IMG/VR virus record: IMGVR_UViG_3300024348_000005
Span: 1 to 64,000 of that record
From: a virus
DNA: 64,000 nucleotides
Reading direction: 5' to 3' (one strand)
Positions within the stretch are counted from its first letter, which is position 1; each line of letters opens with the position of its first letter. A program made the translations under genes and the position numbers. The notes beneath the pieces were generated by a model. That model worked only from the letters and a program-made list of their open reading frames with translations, was not told the origin of the DNA and searched no databases. This document shows, piece after piece, positions 18,601-28,781 of the stretch.

Positions 18601-20515
18601 TTGTAGTGCCGCAAATTTTAATTATGTTGATTTACGTATCAACTCACCAATTGCATTTGGTTGTAGACAATCTTATGTTAAGATGGAATATGCTCAATTA
18701 CCTAAACCTGAGGAACTTAAGAAAGAAACCTCAAATTCAACAGATATACCGGGAGAACCACCAAAAACAAAATTGGTACAAATTGAACCAATAAGTGTGG
18801 GAAGAATTGCTAAAAAACCTCCAATTGACGTGATGAAAAGAATCATCATGAAGACTTTATCTGAATGCTACTATTTTAAAAAATTAGAAGAAGATTCACC
18901 ACTTGCATTTGGTTCATTAAGAGAGAAATTAAGATATTTTCATCCCGCATTTCACTCAACAACACCTGAAGGATTAAACGCTCGACTTACATTCTTACAA
19001 CAATGCATTAGACCTGGCGATACAATACCATTAAAAGGTATTGCGGACGATACAGATTTAAACGCAAGAAATACTTCATTTGGTCCACCACCTATTTGTG
19101 TATTAAGAATAGGTGATTTTTATCATTCCAAAGTTATTATACGTGATGTTAACATAACGTTTGATGATAACGTGTGGGATTTAAACCCTGAGGGTATTGG
19201 TGTACAACCAATGATTGCAAACGTATCGTTACAAGTAAACTTTATTGGTGGACAAGGTTTAGAAAAACCTGTATCAAGATTACAAAATGCGTTGTCATCT
19301 AATTTTTATGCAAATACTGAAATGTATGATGAGAGATCAATAACAACCAATTCTAAAATGGGTGGAATGGATACGTCTGGTTTTACTAAAACATTCTTAG
19401 AGGAATTATTGAATAGATATATACCACCCGAAGAAGCGAATGACCAAAACAGAAACAAACTAACCAAAGAAAAATATTTAGGTGATTTATCTAACGAAAT
19501 TTTAGACTATACCACCATTGTTGATAATTTATTTAAAAAGACACAATCTTATGTTGAATCTTTTGGTGTAACACGTATACAAACAGATGGACAATTTGGT
19601 CCTATATTGGCTGGATTAGCATTACATCCAAATTATAGAAAAATAACGGGATATACTGCTAACACAGATGCGACGGATGAAACACTTTCATTATTTGGGT
19701 TATATGAAAAAAGTAAAGATTTATCATATTACACAAGAATACTTAAAGAAAAATTATTAGAAAAAGTTGATACCACATCAATGTATAGTATTTTTCTCAG
19801 TTACGATTTAAATTTTTTAGGTAACGATGATATAAGATTTAACGGTACAGAAGATAGGTTAAGTGAATTTACAAAAACAAAATTAGTTGAGAAGATAGAC
19901 GAGTTCATGGATAGTAAATTATTCGTAGAATTAGAAGATAAGATGCAAGAACTTATTAGTGAATTAGATAAACTTAATTTCATAACTAAAAATGGGTTTG
20001 ATATTAAACTAGAAGATGTGTTAGGTATTAAATCAGGACTTTCTGGATTTACACCAACAAATTTCTATAATAACTATAAAAGTTGTGTTAACTACATTAA
20101 AGATAACAGTTCTAAATTCTATGAAAGAATGGATGTAACGACTATTGATTTTAATAATATTGATTTACAAGATGAACAGTTTGGTGAGTTATTATCAGAA
20201 TTATTTGCGGGAGAGTTAAAAAATATAATGGCAACATTTGAAGATGACCCCGAATTATTTGATTCAAGATTCTTAAATCAACTTGAGGAAGCAATTGATA
20301 TTTTCTTAGATTATAAAGTTGTGGTTACTGAAGATTTAATAACCAAAGAAACCGCGTCGTTTAAATTTACTAAATTTTTACCAAGACCAAACAGTAAAAA
20401 AATTAGTTATAAAATGATACTTCCTGAAACTAATGAAACTGTAACTGACGACATAAAAAAGTTATTTTCAAGTAAAGTACCACCAACAGATAAATTAAAC
20501 TATTATAAAAGATGA
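15689..20515 (+). CDS. Large baseplate/tube-initiator-like protein with internal OmpA-like domain
   Basis: Tube-fold motifs WESNTFLGRPEPIYTYQNTERS and PPICVLRIGDFY..VII.DVNITFD...WDLNPEG flank SSTSA.A...YNFKLSLRR (OmpA C-terminal-like). Confidence 0.6.
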   Translation: MPSYLDFDSTKKFRDFILGKTLNQPNIPDIYQNVTIQPNIDPGDVDDNRRETLVKVQNNNMFGPLDYIIRENLDILPISRNLGLYPYFPTNSPNYNLIGIMGSSSYDTESELFKFAANTIKNDRQGPVLSRIQRNLETATTGRIRLLDALDGNTATLSNILTGKEPLVESNNKITVAKTLPGKAIDFLQTLSGTQLPFSEIPGDYLTNPLNPTPNFRPEAKTAVGGLLRDITGAIGSLIGIQRRPKPSRKPSDLFIEYMGEGQKQRLFDGLTFNTYAPNYTTTARSQNSSKIFNFVDRVAQGVRNLLGTEAPASRAYIGDDRGDDVKRAMSDFNDRPVKSPYYLSVMFDDVAANLFNNPTKTRPISQGGNIGGNLTWYSSNSQNKLGYNNNEYASESSKLEESLSTKYKFREDSILGLTQEILNSMPKDGSRFDHIGNVIDQTSRAFKDGNIQISRGSAVKYLDGKGEDVGVEYCRVWTKDRSYMNYGDIMPLHGEPLDRKFYQRSTRPYRRTNIRKFDASVMSDTWNLNIAPMSNGNKDFAGSTNIVDGYPFGRDKDGKGFYAKKYMFSIENLAWKTSTLQGFTVLDLPYCERGPNGGRVMWFPPYDLKVSEQNNARWESNTFLGRPEPIYTYQNTERSGQVSFKVVVDHPSILNLLTRDHFKGMSDDAADDYINSFFAGCKDIDFYSLIRTYTTLDGSDVDLIKQYLDEGGPINEIPQFKLEIPPTEIPAPGGEDPGKSSQSKPIKLDINLKFPNDFPKGNDYISGQSYKTFYDSLISSKDTFKFNLGKDIEAVFNSGNPTANGKKDLEQLGNKNLTSGDLEGFKTQQKLILEESYTKLTTGYTDFNTKLDTLKIDISGKTVDDVVITILSSTSAIADNNYNFKLSLRRTHAILQEIISKISNDVTIGKASLDKKWKLDSNKISSAKGKEKALKEIEFTYKELGYERDGKLKINTTSVGEFIPNESGKDCSAANFNYVDLRINSPIAFGCRQSYVKMEYAQLPKPEELKKETSNSTDIPGEPPKTKLVQIEPISVGRIAKKPPIDVMKRIIMKTLSECYYFKKLEEDSPLAFGSLREKLRYFHPAFHSTTPEGLNARLTFLQQCIRPGDTIPLKGIADDTDLNARNTSFGPPPICVLRIGDFYHSKVIIRDVNITFDDNVWDLNPEGIGVQPMIANVSLQVNFIGGQGLEKPVSRLQNALSSNFYANTEMYDERSITTNSKMGGMDTSGFTKTFLEELLNRYIPPEEANDQNRNKLTKEKYLGDLSNEILDYTTIVDNLFKKTQSYVESFGVTRIQTDGQFGPILAGLALHPNYRKITGYTANTDATDETLSLFGLYEKSKDLSYYTRILKEKLLEKVDTTSMYSIFLSYDLNFLGNDDIRFNGTEDRLSEFTKTKLVEKIDEFMDSKLFVELEDKMQELISELDKLNFITKNGFDIKLEDVLGIKSGLSGFTPTNFYNNYKSCVNYIKDNSSKFYERMDVTTIDFNNIDLQDEQFGELLSELFAGELKNIMATFEDDPELFDSRFLNQLEEAIDIFLDYKVVVTEDLITKETASFKFTKFLPRPNSKKISYKMILPETNETVTDDIKKLFSSKVPPTDKLNYYKR

Positions 20516-20838
20516 GTAGAGATTATTTTGACAGATATGAGTTTTTTATAGACGACGGTAGTTTTAGAATGGTTCCCGGTATTGAATTACCAATTAAAGG
20601 AACAGACAAATACATACAGTTTAAAAAGGGTAAAGATAGATTGGATAAAATATCCCAAGACTATTATGGTACCCCCTTGTTTGGTTGGATAATCTTACAA
20701 GCGAATCCACTTGCTGGTAGCATTGAATTCGAAATACCAAATAATTTCTTAATCAGAATACCTTTTCCATTAATTAGTACTTTACAAGATTACAAAAGAG
20801 GTGTAGAATTGTATAATCTATATTATGGCGAAAAGTAA
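20512..20838 (+). CDS. LysM-type baseplate wedge protein (T4 gp53/P2 gpX-like)
   Basis: KGKDRLDKISQDYYG.P..GWIILQANP...I.IP. Confidence 0.8.
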   Translation: MSRDYFDRYEFFIDDGSFRMVPGIELPIKGTDKYIQFKKGKDRLDKISQDYYGTPLFGWIILQANPLAGSIEFEIPNNFLIRIPFPLISTLQDYKRGVELYNLYYGEK

Positions 20839-23800
20839 ATCAAATAGTGAAAATATATTAGTTAAGGTCGATCAAAACAATTTAATATACATCGACCCCA
20901 ATAGTACTATTTCAAGTGATGGTACAATATCACCAAGAAATATTGAACATGAAAAATTGGTAATGTATGCCAATTTAGAGGCGGATATTATACCAAGAAC
21001 AACTTTTTATTCAACAGGTGACCAAAATACAATGACTTCCATCGCAAAAGGAACATTTAATTTTTTAGGTAACGGTAAAGACTATACTAGTGATTGGACA
21101 GAAGAATTTTCAAAAGTAAAAACGGGAATAAACAGTAAAGGAGAAGAGTATAATTTTCAAAACGATTCAACTGGTGAGTCATTTGGAATTGATAGTATTA
21201 ATATACAGGTTAGAGGTACGAATTTTGTTCCACAAGTTAATATTACATTCATTGACATAAGAGGTAAAACCTTATTTAGTGCACCTGAGGATTCACCATA
21301 TAAGGCGTTCTTCCACGTACCTTGGCCGATATTCTATTTAACAATTAAAGGATATTATGGTAAGGCCATAAGATATAGATTACACTTAGTTAAGTTTAGT
21401 ACAAAATTTAATGATTCAAACGGTAACTTTGAAGTATCAACAACATTCGTTGGGTCAACATATGCGTATCTTAATGACATTCCATTAAAGGGTATCATGA
21501 ATGCCCCATACATGTTTGCAATAGAAAACGCAACCGAAGCAAAGTTTAATGAAAAAAAAGGAGAATATACACAAAGTATATCGAAGTCCTCAAGGGGATA
21601 TCAAATGTTAAAAAGTGTTTATGCCGAATATAAAAGAAAAAAGTTAATACCAAAAAACTTTCCAATTAAAACACTTAGAGAAGTTTGTACAGTTGCACAG
21701 AGTTTAGATAAAATATTAGAACAACAAATATATGACCAAGTGGTTAACATGAAAGTGTTTACCGCAATAAAGGATTTTGAAGAGACAATTACAACTTTTG
21801 AAAAAGAAGTAAAAGCATGGGGTAAAATTAGATTAACTGATGAGGTTGTTAAAATAGGAGACGATGATTATTATTACCAAAGTAATAAAGATAAAACATC
21901 AACTGAGTTTGTTATAGGAGATAAGTCTGTTAGTACATTAGAAAAATTACTTGAAAACGGTAAAAAGAGACTAAAAGAAAGTGAGTTATTTAACAATGCC
22001 GTTTTAAACGATAAGACAAACAAAACAAAATCATCATTTAGTAGGGAAAAAATAGTTTCACAAAATTTAGGAGTGATAAAGGACTACTATACTGAAAACC
22101 CTTCAAATAAATTCGTGGTTGTCGCATTTGACAAACTTGTTAATCAAATCTATAGTATCATTAAGAAATTTAATGAACAAAAAGAAAGATTACAGAATGA
22201 GGTTGAGAAACAAATGAACGAAATTATTAAGGATAGTACAAGAGGTGGAATTGGTTTCGAACCCACAATTAGAAATCTATTTGCGGTAATCTTAGCAAAT
22301 GCGGACGTTTATATTAGATTATTAAAAGATGTTCATAAAAGAGCAATTGATGTTTCTAACGAAAGAAAGAATATTATAAAAAACTTTTCAAGTGATTCAA
22401 TCGGTGACAATATATATCCTTGGCCTGAAATTAAAAAAAGTGCATCAGAAGATAGACAAAAAGTTATAGCGTATCCTGGAGAACAAGATTTAGAATTAAA
22501 ACTTAATTCCAGTAACCCAATTTTATGGCCTGAGGTTGAATTCGTGGAGAAATTTATTAGAGTAGCATCTAATAGGGAAGATACAACAACTCAATCGGAA
22601 GGCGGAGTCAATAAAGTTTCATATGTGTTTGAGGGAGATTTAGATACTTCTAAAATTAAAACAATTAGTCCTCTTGAAATCGTATCGGGTAATGTTCCAT
22701 ATATTGAAAAATCACACACCGGTTTTTTATATGAAATTTGGGAACGTGCTTATAACTTTACATTATTAGAATCATATAAGAATGAGACAATAAAAGAACT
22801 AGCCAATTTAGAGTTTGATAACATAAAAGAAAGTATCAAAGAGGACGACGACTTACTTGGTATTTTATTTAACAATGTAAAAAATGAAGTTGATTTAAGA
22901 ACATTATTACAATCATTGTCACCATTTGAAAGATATTCATATTACAAAGATCAATTATCAACAACACAATATATTTCAGATGTTTTAAGTGAATCGTTTA
23001 AGATTGAACAATATACAAGTATTTCTGATATAAAGGTTGATAATGGTGTCTATCCTAAACTTAATGACGAATTATTAAATTACACACCTGAGTCATATAG
23101 AAAAGATATATATCCATTTAATTCATCCACATATCTTTCATACTTAAACAAGGATAAATTTACTGATGATAATTTTAAATTTGGGGGTGTATTACAAGTT
23201 AATACTAAAGACGGTTTAGTAACGGGTCCGATAAGTCCAAGTACATGGGTAAGAACGGAAGAAGGTAAACTTAATATATTTTCACAGAAATTAACCATAA
23301 CTGGCACCACAACTGAAAACATTTTAAACACACCATATTTTCATAATCAATTATATAGTGATTTTGGAAAGTCAGGTTCGGCATACGGAAGATACGCAGG
23401 TTCTGCTTATCTATTATTAAATTCTTTACCATTTGTGGAGTTACAAGATTATGTTAACTTTAAAAATGGTGATTACGAGAAACCGGTTTTAGTTTCTTCT
23501 TTATTTAGAGAAGTTGGGTCAACACAATTTGTACCATATCATTTAGTTTTAAAATGGGGATCACAATATCACAGATATAAAAAATATTTGTTAGACCGTG
23601 AAGATATTTTAAGTGGATGTTCAACAAATAATGTAACTAAAAATATTGATACGTCAGATTTTTTCAATTTTGGTAACACCGATAGTAACTTTACCGGATT
23701 CACTTTCAGTGGTGGAACGATAGTATCGGGAAGTACCGCAAAAACAGATGTTGGAGTTCATCCTTTTTATGATGGTATATTTCATCAAATTATAAATGAC

Positions 23801-26590
23801 TACAATCATTTTAATTTATCCTCAGGTAATACATCGTTCTCTTATTATACAAACACAGGTGGTATTGTCGGTAGAAAAAGAGCTCAATCAAATAATATAA
23901 ATTATTGGACACAATATGTCGACAATTCAAAATATCCCGATAAGGTAGAAACATACACAACATTACCTTGCGATGGTGACAATGAGTATATTGGTAAAAA
24001 GGTTTTAACAAGTAATCCGGCAACCGCAAGGTTATTGGGAGTACTACCAAACATCGCATACCAAACATCGGCAACATACGAACAGGAAGAACAAAAATAT
24101 TTTAGACCTCTTTGGATTGATAGTCACTTAGACGACGATTTTAGTGGTAAGACAATTGCGTCGTATTCAGAATATAATAAAACAATTAGTGACATTTATT
24201 CTTTAACCACCGAAAATAAAAAAATAATAGATTTAATTGCAACATTTAGTCCAAAAATATTAGATGAATTTGAAACCATGTTTTTAGATTTTGCTACCGA
24301 AAAGGTAAATGTTGAAATTACTAATAGAAGATTTAACAAGGTAAAATATTATCAATTTCAAGACATATTAAAAGAAATATTCACAGTTAGAAAAGAAAGT
24401 GGAGATAGTACAAAAACCGTGGATGAAGTAATTGATGTAATAAAAGAAAGACAAACTGAAAAATTATTATCATCAACGACAAACATTTTATCGAACGATA
24501 GTTTAATAAAAATTACTATCGGTAATCCAAAAGAAATTGACCCACATGTATTTGATGGATTTAGTAAAATGTCTCAAGAAAATACGTTTTCATATAAAGG
24601 ATATGGTGACACACAATTAACAACAGGTGACACAAAAGACTATATAGAATTATACGTTGGAGAAGATATCGATAGTTACTATCAACAATTTTTCTCAACA
24701 CTTAACATTGAGGTTAGTGTAGACAATATCATTCAATTCAGACCTTTAATATTGATTTATGCGGGATATAGAAAAAATGGTGGAACAAACACGTTAACGG
24801 CATTTCAAACATATCTTAAAACAAACATATACGAAAAGGGACCAAGTGAAAATAATGCGGCAGGTTCAGGATATAGATTTTCTTTATTTTTAAACATTTT
24901 AACTTCTAATTTTAAAACACTTAGGACACAGTCTAAGAATAAAAAAACTAAAATAGATAACGGATATAATAATAGAGATTTAAAAATTGAATTATATAAT
25001 ACATTTAAATCATTTAACGATAAATGGATTGCAGGTAACTCTATTGGACAAAGATTATTATTAGAGGAGTTTTTATTTTTAGATAAAGCAAATAAAGATA
25101 TTGGAGACCAATATTATTTAAATCTTACAAAATTTATTGACCTTGCAGATTCTAAAAATAATAAGATTAACCTATATGGTGCGATTTCTGATTTAATAAA
25201 CGGAACGGGATTTGATATGAGAGCATTACCAGCGTATATTAATTTTTACGGAACCAATTTTTCAACTAAAACAAAAATAACACCATCCAAAAAAGTTGCA
25301 GAGAATATATTTGGAACATTCTTAGATGTGGATTATCAAGAGTCATCACCCAAAGTTATTATTCAATATGTTACAGGACCCGTATCTAAACATCCGGCGG
25401 TCGAAAACAAGAAATATAAATTTGCTGACGATAGTTTAAACATTTCTAACGTTAATAATAACCCATATATTATAACACTACCTAAAGTGTTCACCGATGA
25501 AGATTTATCCAAATCTAATAAAGTGGTTGCGTTCGAGGTTAGTTTTGGTGATCAGAATCAATCAATATTTAAAGGGGTACAGTTAGACCAAAGTACGTTA
25601 AGAAACACCTCGGAATCATTTGTAGTTTTAGAAAACTTAGCAAGGTCTGAATCTGGTTCAGGTGTATATAATGTTGATATTTCATTATTTGATTATTATA
25701 GACAAGCGTCATATAGTTGTGAAGTCACGATGATGGGTAACGTAATGATACAACCAACCATGTTCTTCTACCTTAAAAATATACCAATTTTTAAAGGTTC
25801 ATATTTGATTACCGAAGTGTCTCACAATATTAAAGGTAATAATATAACCACAACGTTCAAAGGATATAGAATACCATATGCATCTTTACCTAATCCTAAA
25901 GATTCGTTTATGTCGAACTATAGGGCATTATTTGATAAGATTATGAACACCGCGGTTGCAAAAACCAAAGCGATTGATAAACAAACCAAAACAACTCTAA
26001 CTATATCAACACCTGAGGGTAACTTTAGATACGACCCAGGTTCCAAAGTTATACAAGGTGAGAAAGTTGTACCAAGTGCTGGTATTACCAAATACGGGGT
26101 ACCTTATAATGGATATAACAATGAACTTTATATACAAAAAGTAATATATGATGGTAAGGAGTGGTTTAGAGCTGTAGTTGTTAAAATGGGAATGGAAAAG
26201 ATATATGAAATATCTGACGATACCACAATGAGTTTATTTAATAAAATAAATTCTAAAAAATACACACTTAATCCTAAATCGGTTAAATGGTCAGCAATTA
26301 AGAATAGTGATATGAAATTCTATTCAACAAAATTTCAAGTATCATCATCCACACCAGCAGATAAAATAATCGACGCTAACACGGAATTCTTTAATCCACA
26401 AACTAAAGCATCACATACACTAACTCCCGATTATCAATTGGATACAACTATTGGTAATATAAGAGTAAATGGACCTATTAACGAAGGACCAAATTTGGAA
26501 GGATATGGTATAGCGATGTCATCCAAGTTAATGGACACATTAGGGTTATATAATGGTGATGTGGTTTATTTTTGGGTTGGGGAAAGATAA
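20825..26590 (+). CDS. Large baseplate hub protein (gp27/P2 gpD/VgrG-like)
   Basis: N-terminal FGIDSINIQV...PQVNITFIDIRG and C-terminal SCEVTMMGN.MIQP.MFFYL.NIP.FKGSYLITEVSHNI.....TTTFKG hub motifs; follows the LysM gene. Confidence 0.7.
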   Translation: MAKSKSNSENILVKVDQNNLIYIDPNSTISSDGTISPRNIEHEKLVMYANLEADIIPRTTFYSTGDQNTMTSIAKGTFNFLGNGKDYTSDWTEEFSKVKTGINSKGEEYNFQNDSTGESFGIDSINIQVRGTNFVPQVNITFIDIRGKTLFSAPEDSPYKAFFHVPWPIFYLTIKGYYGKAIRYRLHLVKFSTKFNDSNGNFEVSTTFVGSTYAYLNDIPLKGIMNAPYMFAIENATEAKFNEKKGEYTQSISKSSRGYQMLKSVYAEYKRKKLIPKNFPIKTLREVCTVAQSLDKILEQQIYDQVVNMKVFTAIKDFEETITTFEKEVKAWGKIRLTDEVVKIGDDDYYYQSNKDKTSTEFVIGDKSVSTLEKLLENGKKRLKESELFNNAVLNDKTNKTKSSFSREKIVSQNLGVIKDYYTENPSNKFVVVAFDKLVNQIYSIIKKFNEQKERLQNEVEKQMNEIIKDSTRGGIGFEPTIRNLFAVILANADVYIRLLKDVHKRAIDVSNERKNIIKNFSSDSIGDNIYPWPEIKKSASEDRQKVIAYPGEQDLELKLNSSNPILWPEVEFVEKFIRVASNREDTTTQSEGGVNKVSYVFEGDLDTSKIKTISPLEIVSGNVPYIEKSHTGFLYEIWERAYNFTLLESYKNETIKELANLEFDNIKESIKEDDDLLGILFNNVKNEVDLRTLLQSLSPFERYSYYKDQLSTTQYISDVLSESFKIEQYTSISDIKVDNGVYPKLNDELLNYTPESYRKDIYPFNSSTYLSYLNKDKFTDDNFKFGGVLQVNTKDGLVTGPISPSTWVRTEEGKLNIFSQKLTITGTTTENILNTPYFHNQLYSDFGKSGSAYGRYAGSAYLLLNSLPFVELQDYVNFKNGDYEKPVLVSSLFREVGSTQFVPYHLVLKWGSQYHRYKKYLLDREDILSGCSTNNVTKNIDTSDFFNFGNTDSNFTGFTFSGGTIVSGSTAKTDVGVHPFYDGIFHQIINDYNHFNLSSGNTSFSYYTNTGGIVGRKRAQSNNINYWTQYVDNSKYPDKVETYTTLPCDGDNEYIGKKVLTSNPATARLLGVLPNIAYQTSATYEQEEQKYFRPLWIDSHLDDDFSGKTIASYSEYNKTISDIYSLTTENKKIIDLIATFSPKILDEFETMFLDFATEKVNVEITNRRFNKVKYYQFQDILKEIFTVRKESGDSTKTVDEVIDVIKERQTEKLLSSTTNILSNDSLIKITIGNPKEIDPHVFDGFSKMSQENTFSYKGYGDTQLTTGDTKDYIELYVGEDIDSYYQQFFSTLNIEVSVDNIIQFRPLILIYAGYRKNGGTNTLTAFQTYLKTNIYEKGPSENNAAGSGYRFSLFLNILTSNFKTLRTQSKNKKTKIDNGYNNRDLKIELYNTFKSFNDKWIAGNSIGQRLLLEEFLFLDKANKDIGDQYYLNLTKFIDLADSKNNKINLYGAISDLINGTGFDMRALPAYINFYGTNFSTKTKITPSKKVAENIFGTFLDVDYQESSPKVIIQYVTGPVSKHPAVENKKYKFADDSLNISNVNNNPYIITLPKVFTDEDLSKSNKVVAFEVSFGDQNQSIFKGVQLDQSTLRNTSESFVVLENLARSESGSGVYNVDISLFDYYRQASYSCEVTMMGNVMIQPTMFFYLKNIPIFKGSYLITEVSHNIKGNNITTTFKGYRIPYASLPNPKDSFMSNYRALFDKIMNTAVAKTKAIDKQTKTTLTISTPEGNFRYDPGSKVIQGEKVVPSAGITKYGVPYNGYNNELYIQKVIYDGKEWFRAVVVKMGMEKIYEISDDTTMSLFNKINSKKYTLNPKSVKWSAIKNSDMKFYSTKFQVSSSTPADKIIDANTEFFNPQTKASHTLTPDYQLDTTIGNIRVNGPINEGPNLEGYGIAMSSKLMDTLGLYNGDVVYFWVGER

Positions 26591-26629
26591 TAACTAAATT
26601 AATGATATTTATACTTATAACTTAATATT

Positions 26630-26833
26630 ATGGATAATAATAAATTAAACAACACAATGGATCAATTTTTAAGTCCTAAACAGACTAAAAGAACATCTAA
26701 CGACGGCATGGAAAGAGAGGAATGTGATTTGGTAACTGGAGAATGTTATACAATTAGAGAAAAAGACGGAATCGTTGAAAGAATAAATAAAAAGTATATC
26801 ACAAATGATGGTAGACAACTATTACAAGACTAA
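26630..26833 (+). CDS. Hypothetical late protein (67 aa)
   Basis: Clean ORF with a late motif upstream; ECDLVTGEC...DGIVER.NKK.IT.DGRQLL. Confidence 0.7.
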   Translation: MDNNKLNNTMDQFLSPKQTKRTSNDGMEREECDLVTGECYTIREKDGIVERINKKYITNDGRQLLQD

Positions 26834-26837
26834 AGCT

Positions 26838-27482
26838 ATGTTAGAGAAAAAATTACAAGAAGAATTAAATCGTTACAGAGCCATTAACAAATATGGTACT
26901 AAAATGATTATGGAACAAGATGCACCTGCACTTGATGCTCCTGCGGGAGATTTACCACCGGCCGACCCTGCGTTGGACGCACCGGCGGGAGATATACCAC
27001 CAGCAGAACCGGCATTAGACGCACCGGCGGGAGATTTACCACCGGCAGATGGTATGGATACAGAAGAAATTGATATTACAGATTTAGTTAATATGACTAA
27101 AAATATCAAAAACGATTTAGAAAATAATAAAACAGATAACGCATCGGTTATTGGTAAAATGGACGACGTTTTCACTAAATTAGGTGACTTAGAACAAAAA
27201 CTTGCTCAAATGGATGCTGTTATGGCTAAAATTGATGAGTTAGGTGCTAAGGTTGAGGCGTCAAAACCAAAAACTGGTGTTGAGAAACTTGAAATGAGAT
27301 CTTTAGACTCATATCCATTTAATGAAAAACCACAAGAGTTTTTCGCACACAAACAAGGTGAAATGGCGGCAAGTGGTAAGAATGAGTATGTATTAACTAA
27401 AGATGAGGTTAACAACTACCCCACCGATATTATAAAAACATCATTTAACCCAGACCAACAAGAAGATGAATATCAATTCTAA
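26838..27482 (+). CDS. Acidic coiled-coil protein with Pro/Ala/Asp repeats (possible head-internal/scaffold-like)
   Basis: ATG at 26838 preferred. N-terminal LQEELNRYRAINKY..IMEQ, three PALDAPAGD(L/I)PPA(D/E) repeats, then a heptad coiled coil. Confidence 0.6.
   Translation: MLEKKLQEELNRYRAINKYGTKMIMEQDAPALDAPAGDLPPADPALDAPAGDIPPAEPALDAPAGDLPPADGMDTEEIDITDLVNMTKNIKNDLENNKTDNASVIGKMDDVFTKLGDLEQKLAQMDAVMAKIDELGAKVEASKPKTGVEKLEMRSLDSYPFNEKPQEFFAHKQGEMAASGKNEYVLTKDEVNNYPTDIIKTSFNPDQQEDEYQF
26926..27051 (+). repeat. Three in-frame 42-bp tandem repeats (PALDAPAGD(L/I)PPA(D/E))
   Basis: Visible in both DNA and translation. Confidence 0.85.
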
Positions 27483-27837
27483 TATAAATTTTTTATTAGG
27501 GTTAAGTGCTCAGTTAAGAGTAATGCATTGGCAAACCAAAGGTTATTCAAGACATCAAGCTTTTGGTAACACATATGATACTTTGAGTGATTTAACGGAT
27601 ACTTTTGTAGAAGCTGCCATGGGAAAATATGGTCGTTTTAAGTTAGATGATGAGACAAATACAATAACGTTAGTAAATTTATCAGAATTAAAACCTGAGG
27701 AAATGATTAACACTGTAAAAAACGCTCTTAATCAATATAGCGAACAATTTGAACCAACCGATACTGATATTTTAAACATTAGAGACGAAATGTTGGGTTT
27801 ATTTAATAAATTATCATATCTTCTAACTTTAGAATAA
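27466..27837 (+). CDS. Ferritin/Dps-like four-helix bundle protein (DUF5856-like)
   Basis: HWQTKGYSRHQAFG.TYD.L..L.D.FVE and NIRDEML...NKL.YLL match the Dps-like ferroxidase pattern. Confidence 0.8.
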   Translation: MNINSNINFLLGLSAQLRVMHWQTKGYSRHQAFGNTYDTLSDLTDTFVEAAMGKYGRFKLDDETNTITLVNLSELKPEEMINTVKNALNQYSEQFEPTDTDILNIRDEMLGLFNKLSYLLTLE

Positions 27838-27864
27838 GACCTAAAAATATTTTTAAAAATAATT

Positions 27865-27897
27865 GAACCGGATTTTTTAATTCGGTTTTTTTTATTT
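27865..27897 (+). terminator. Intrinsic terminator after Dps-like gene
   Basis: GAACCGGATT-TTTT-AATTCGGTTT followed by a T run. Confidence 0.65.
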
Positions 27898-27938
27898 ATA
27901 CTTTATCTATAACAGTTTTATAACTTAAATCAATTATT

Positions 27939-28781
27939 ATGTCAACATTCGACGCAGTACTGGCTCAGTACGAGAAAAACAAAAACGCCGCAAGCGGTAA
28001 CAACAACAAGATGTCCTCCGAGGACAGATTAAAACGTTATTTCACAACTGTATTACCTAAGGGTTCTAAGGGTGAAGAAAGACGTATTCGTATTTTACCT
28101 ACAAAAGATGGTAGTTCACCATTTGTTGAGGTATACTTCCATGAAGTTCAAGTGGATGGTAAGTGGGTTAAATTATATGACCCTAAACAAGAAGGTAAAC
28201 GTTCTCCATTACATGAAGTTTACGAAGGATTAATGATGACTGGTGTCGATACCGATAAGGAATTGGCTCGTTCATATCGTTCTCGTAAATTCTACATTGT
28301 AAAGGTGATTGACCGTGACCACGAACAAGACGGTGTTAAATTTTGGAGATTCAAACACAACCATAAAGGTGATGGTGTTATTGACAAGATTTTTCCAGTT
28401 TTCCGTAACAAAGGAGATGTAACCAGTCCAGAAAATGGTCGTGATTTAATCCTTTCCTTAGCTTTAACTAAAGCGGGAACGGGTAAAGAGTACACGGTTA
28501 TCAACTCTGTATTAAATGATGACCCAAGTGCATTACATTCAGATGCTGACGTTGCAAAAACGTGGTTAGAAAATGATTTAACTTGGTCGGATGTTTACTC
28601 TAAAAAGGGTGAGGATTATTTAGAAATGGTTGCTAAAGGTGAAGTTCCACGTTGGGATTCAAACAGTAGCAAATGGGTTTCTAACTCAACCTCAGAAGAA
28701 GTAATTTCATCACCAAAATCGTCAACACCTACGGTAGACCCACAGGCAGAAGACGAGGCAGATGAAGAACTTCCTTTTTAA
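27939..28781 (+). CDS. Single-stranded DNA-binding protein (T4 gp32-like)
   Basis: RIRILP...SPFVEVYFH, YIVKVIDRD, GVKFWRF, GRDLIL; acidic C-terminal tail ending DEELPF. Confidence 0.85.
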   Translation: MSTFDAVLAQYEKNKNAASGNNNKMSSEDRLKRYFTTVLPKGSKGEERRIRILPTKDGSSPFVEVYFHEVQVDGKWVKLYDPKQEGKRSPLHEVYEGLMMTGVDTDKELARSYRSRKFYIVKVIDRDHEQDGVKFWRFKHNHKGDGVIDKIFPVFRNKGDVTSPENGRDLILSLALTKAGTGKEYTVINSVLNDDPSALHSDADVAKTWLENDLTWSDVYSKKGEDYLEMVAKGEVPRWDSNSSKWVSNSTSEEVISSPKSSTPTVDPQAEDEADEELPF

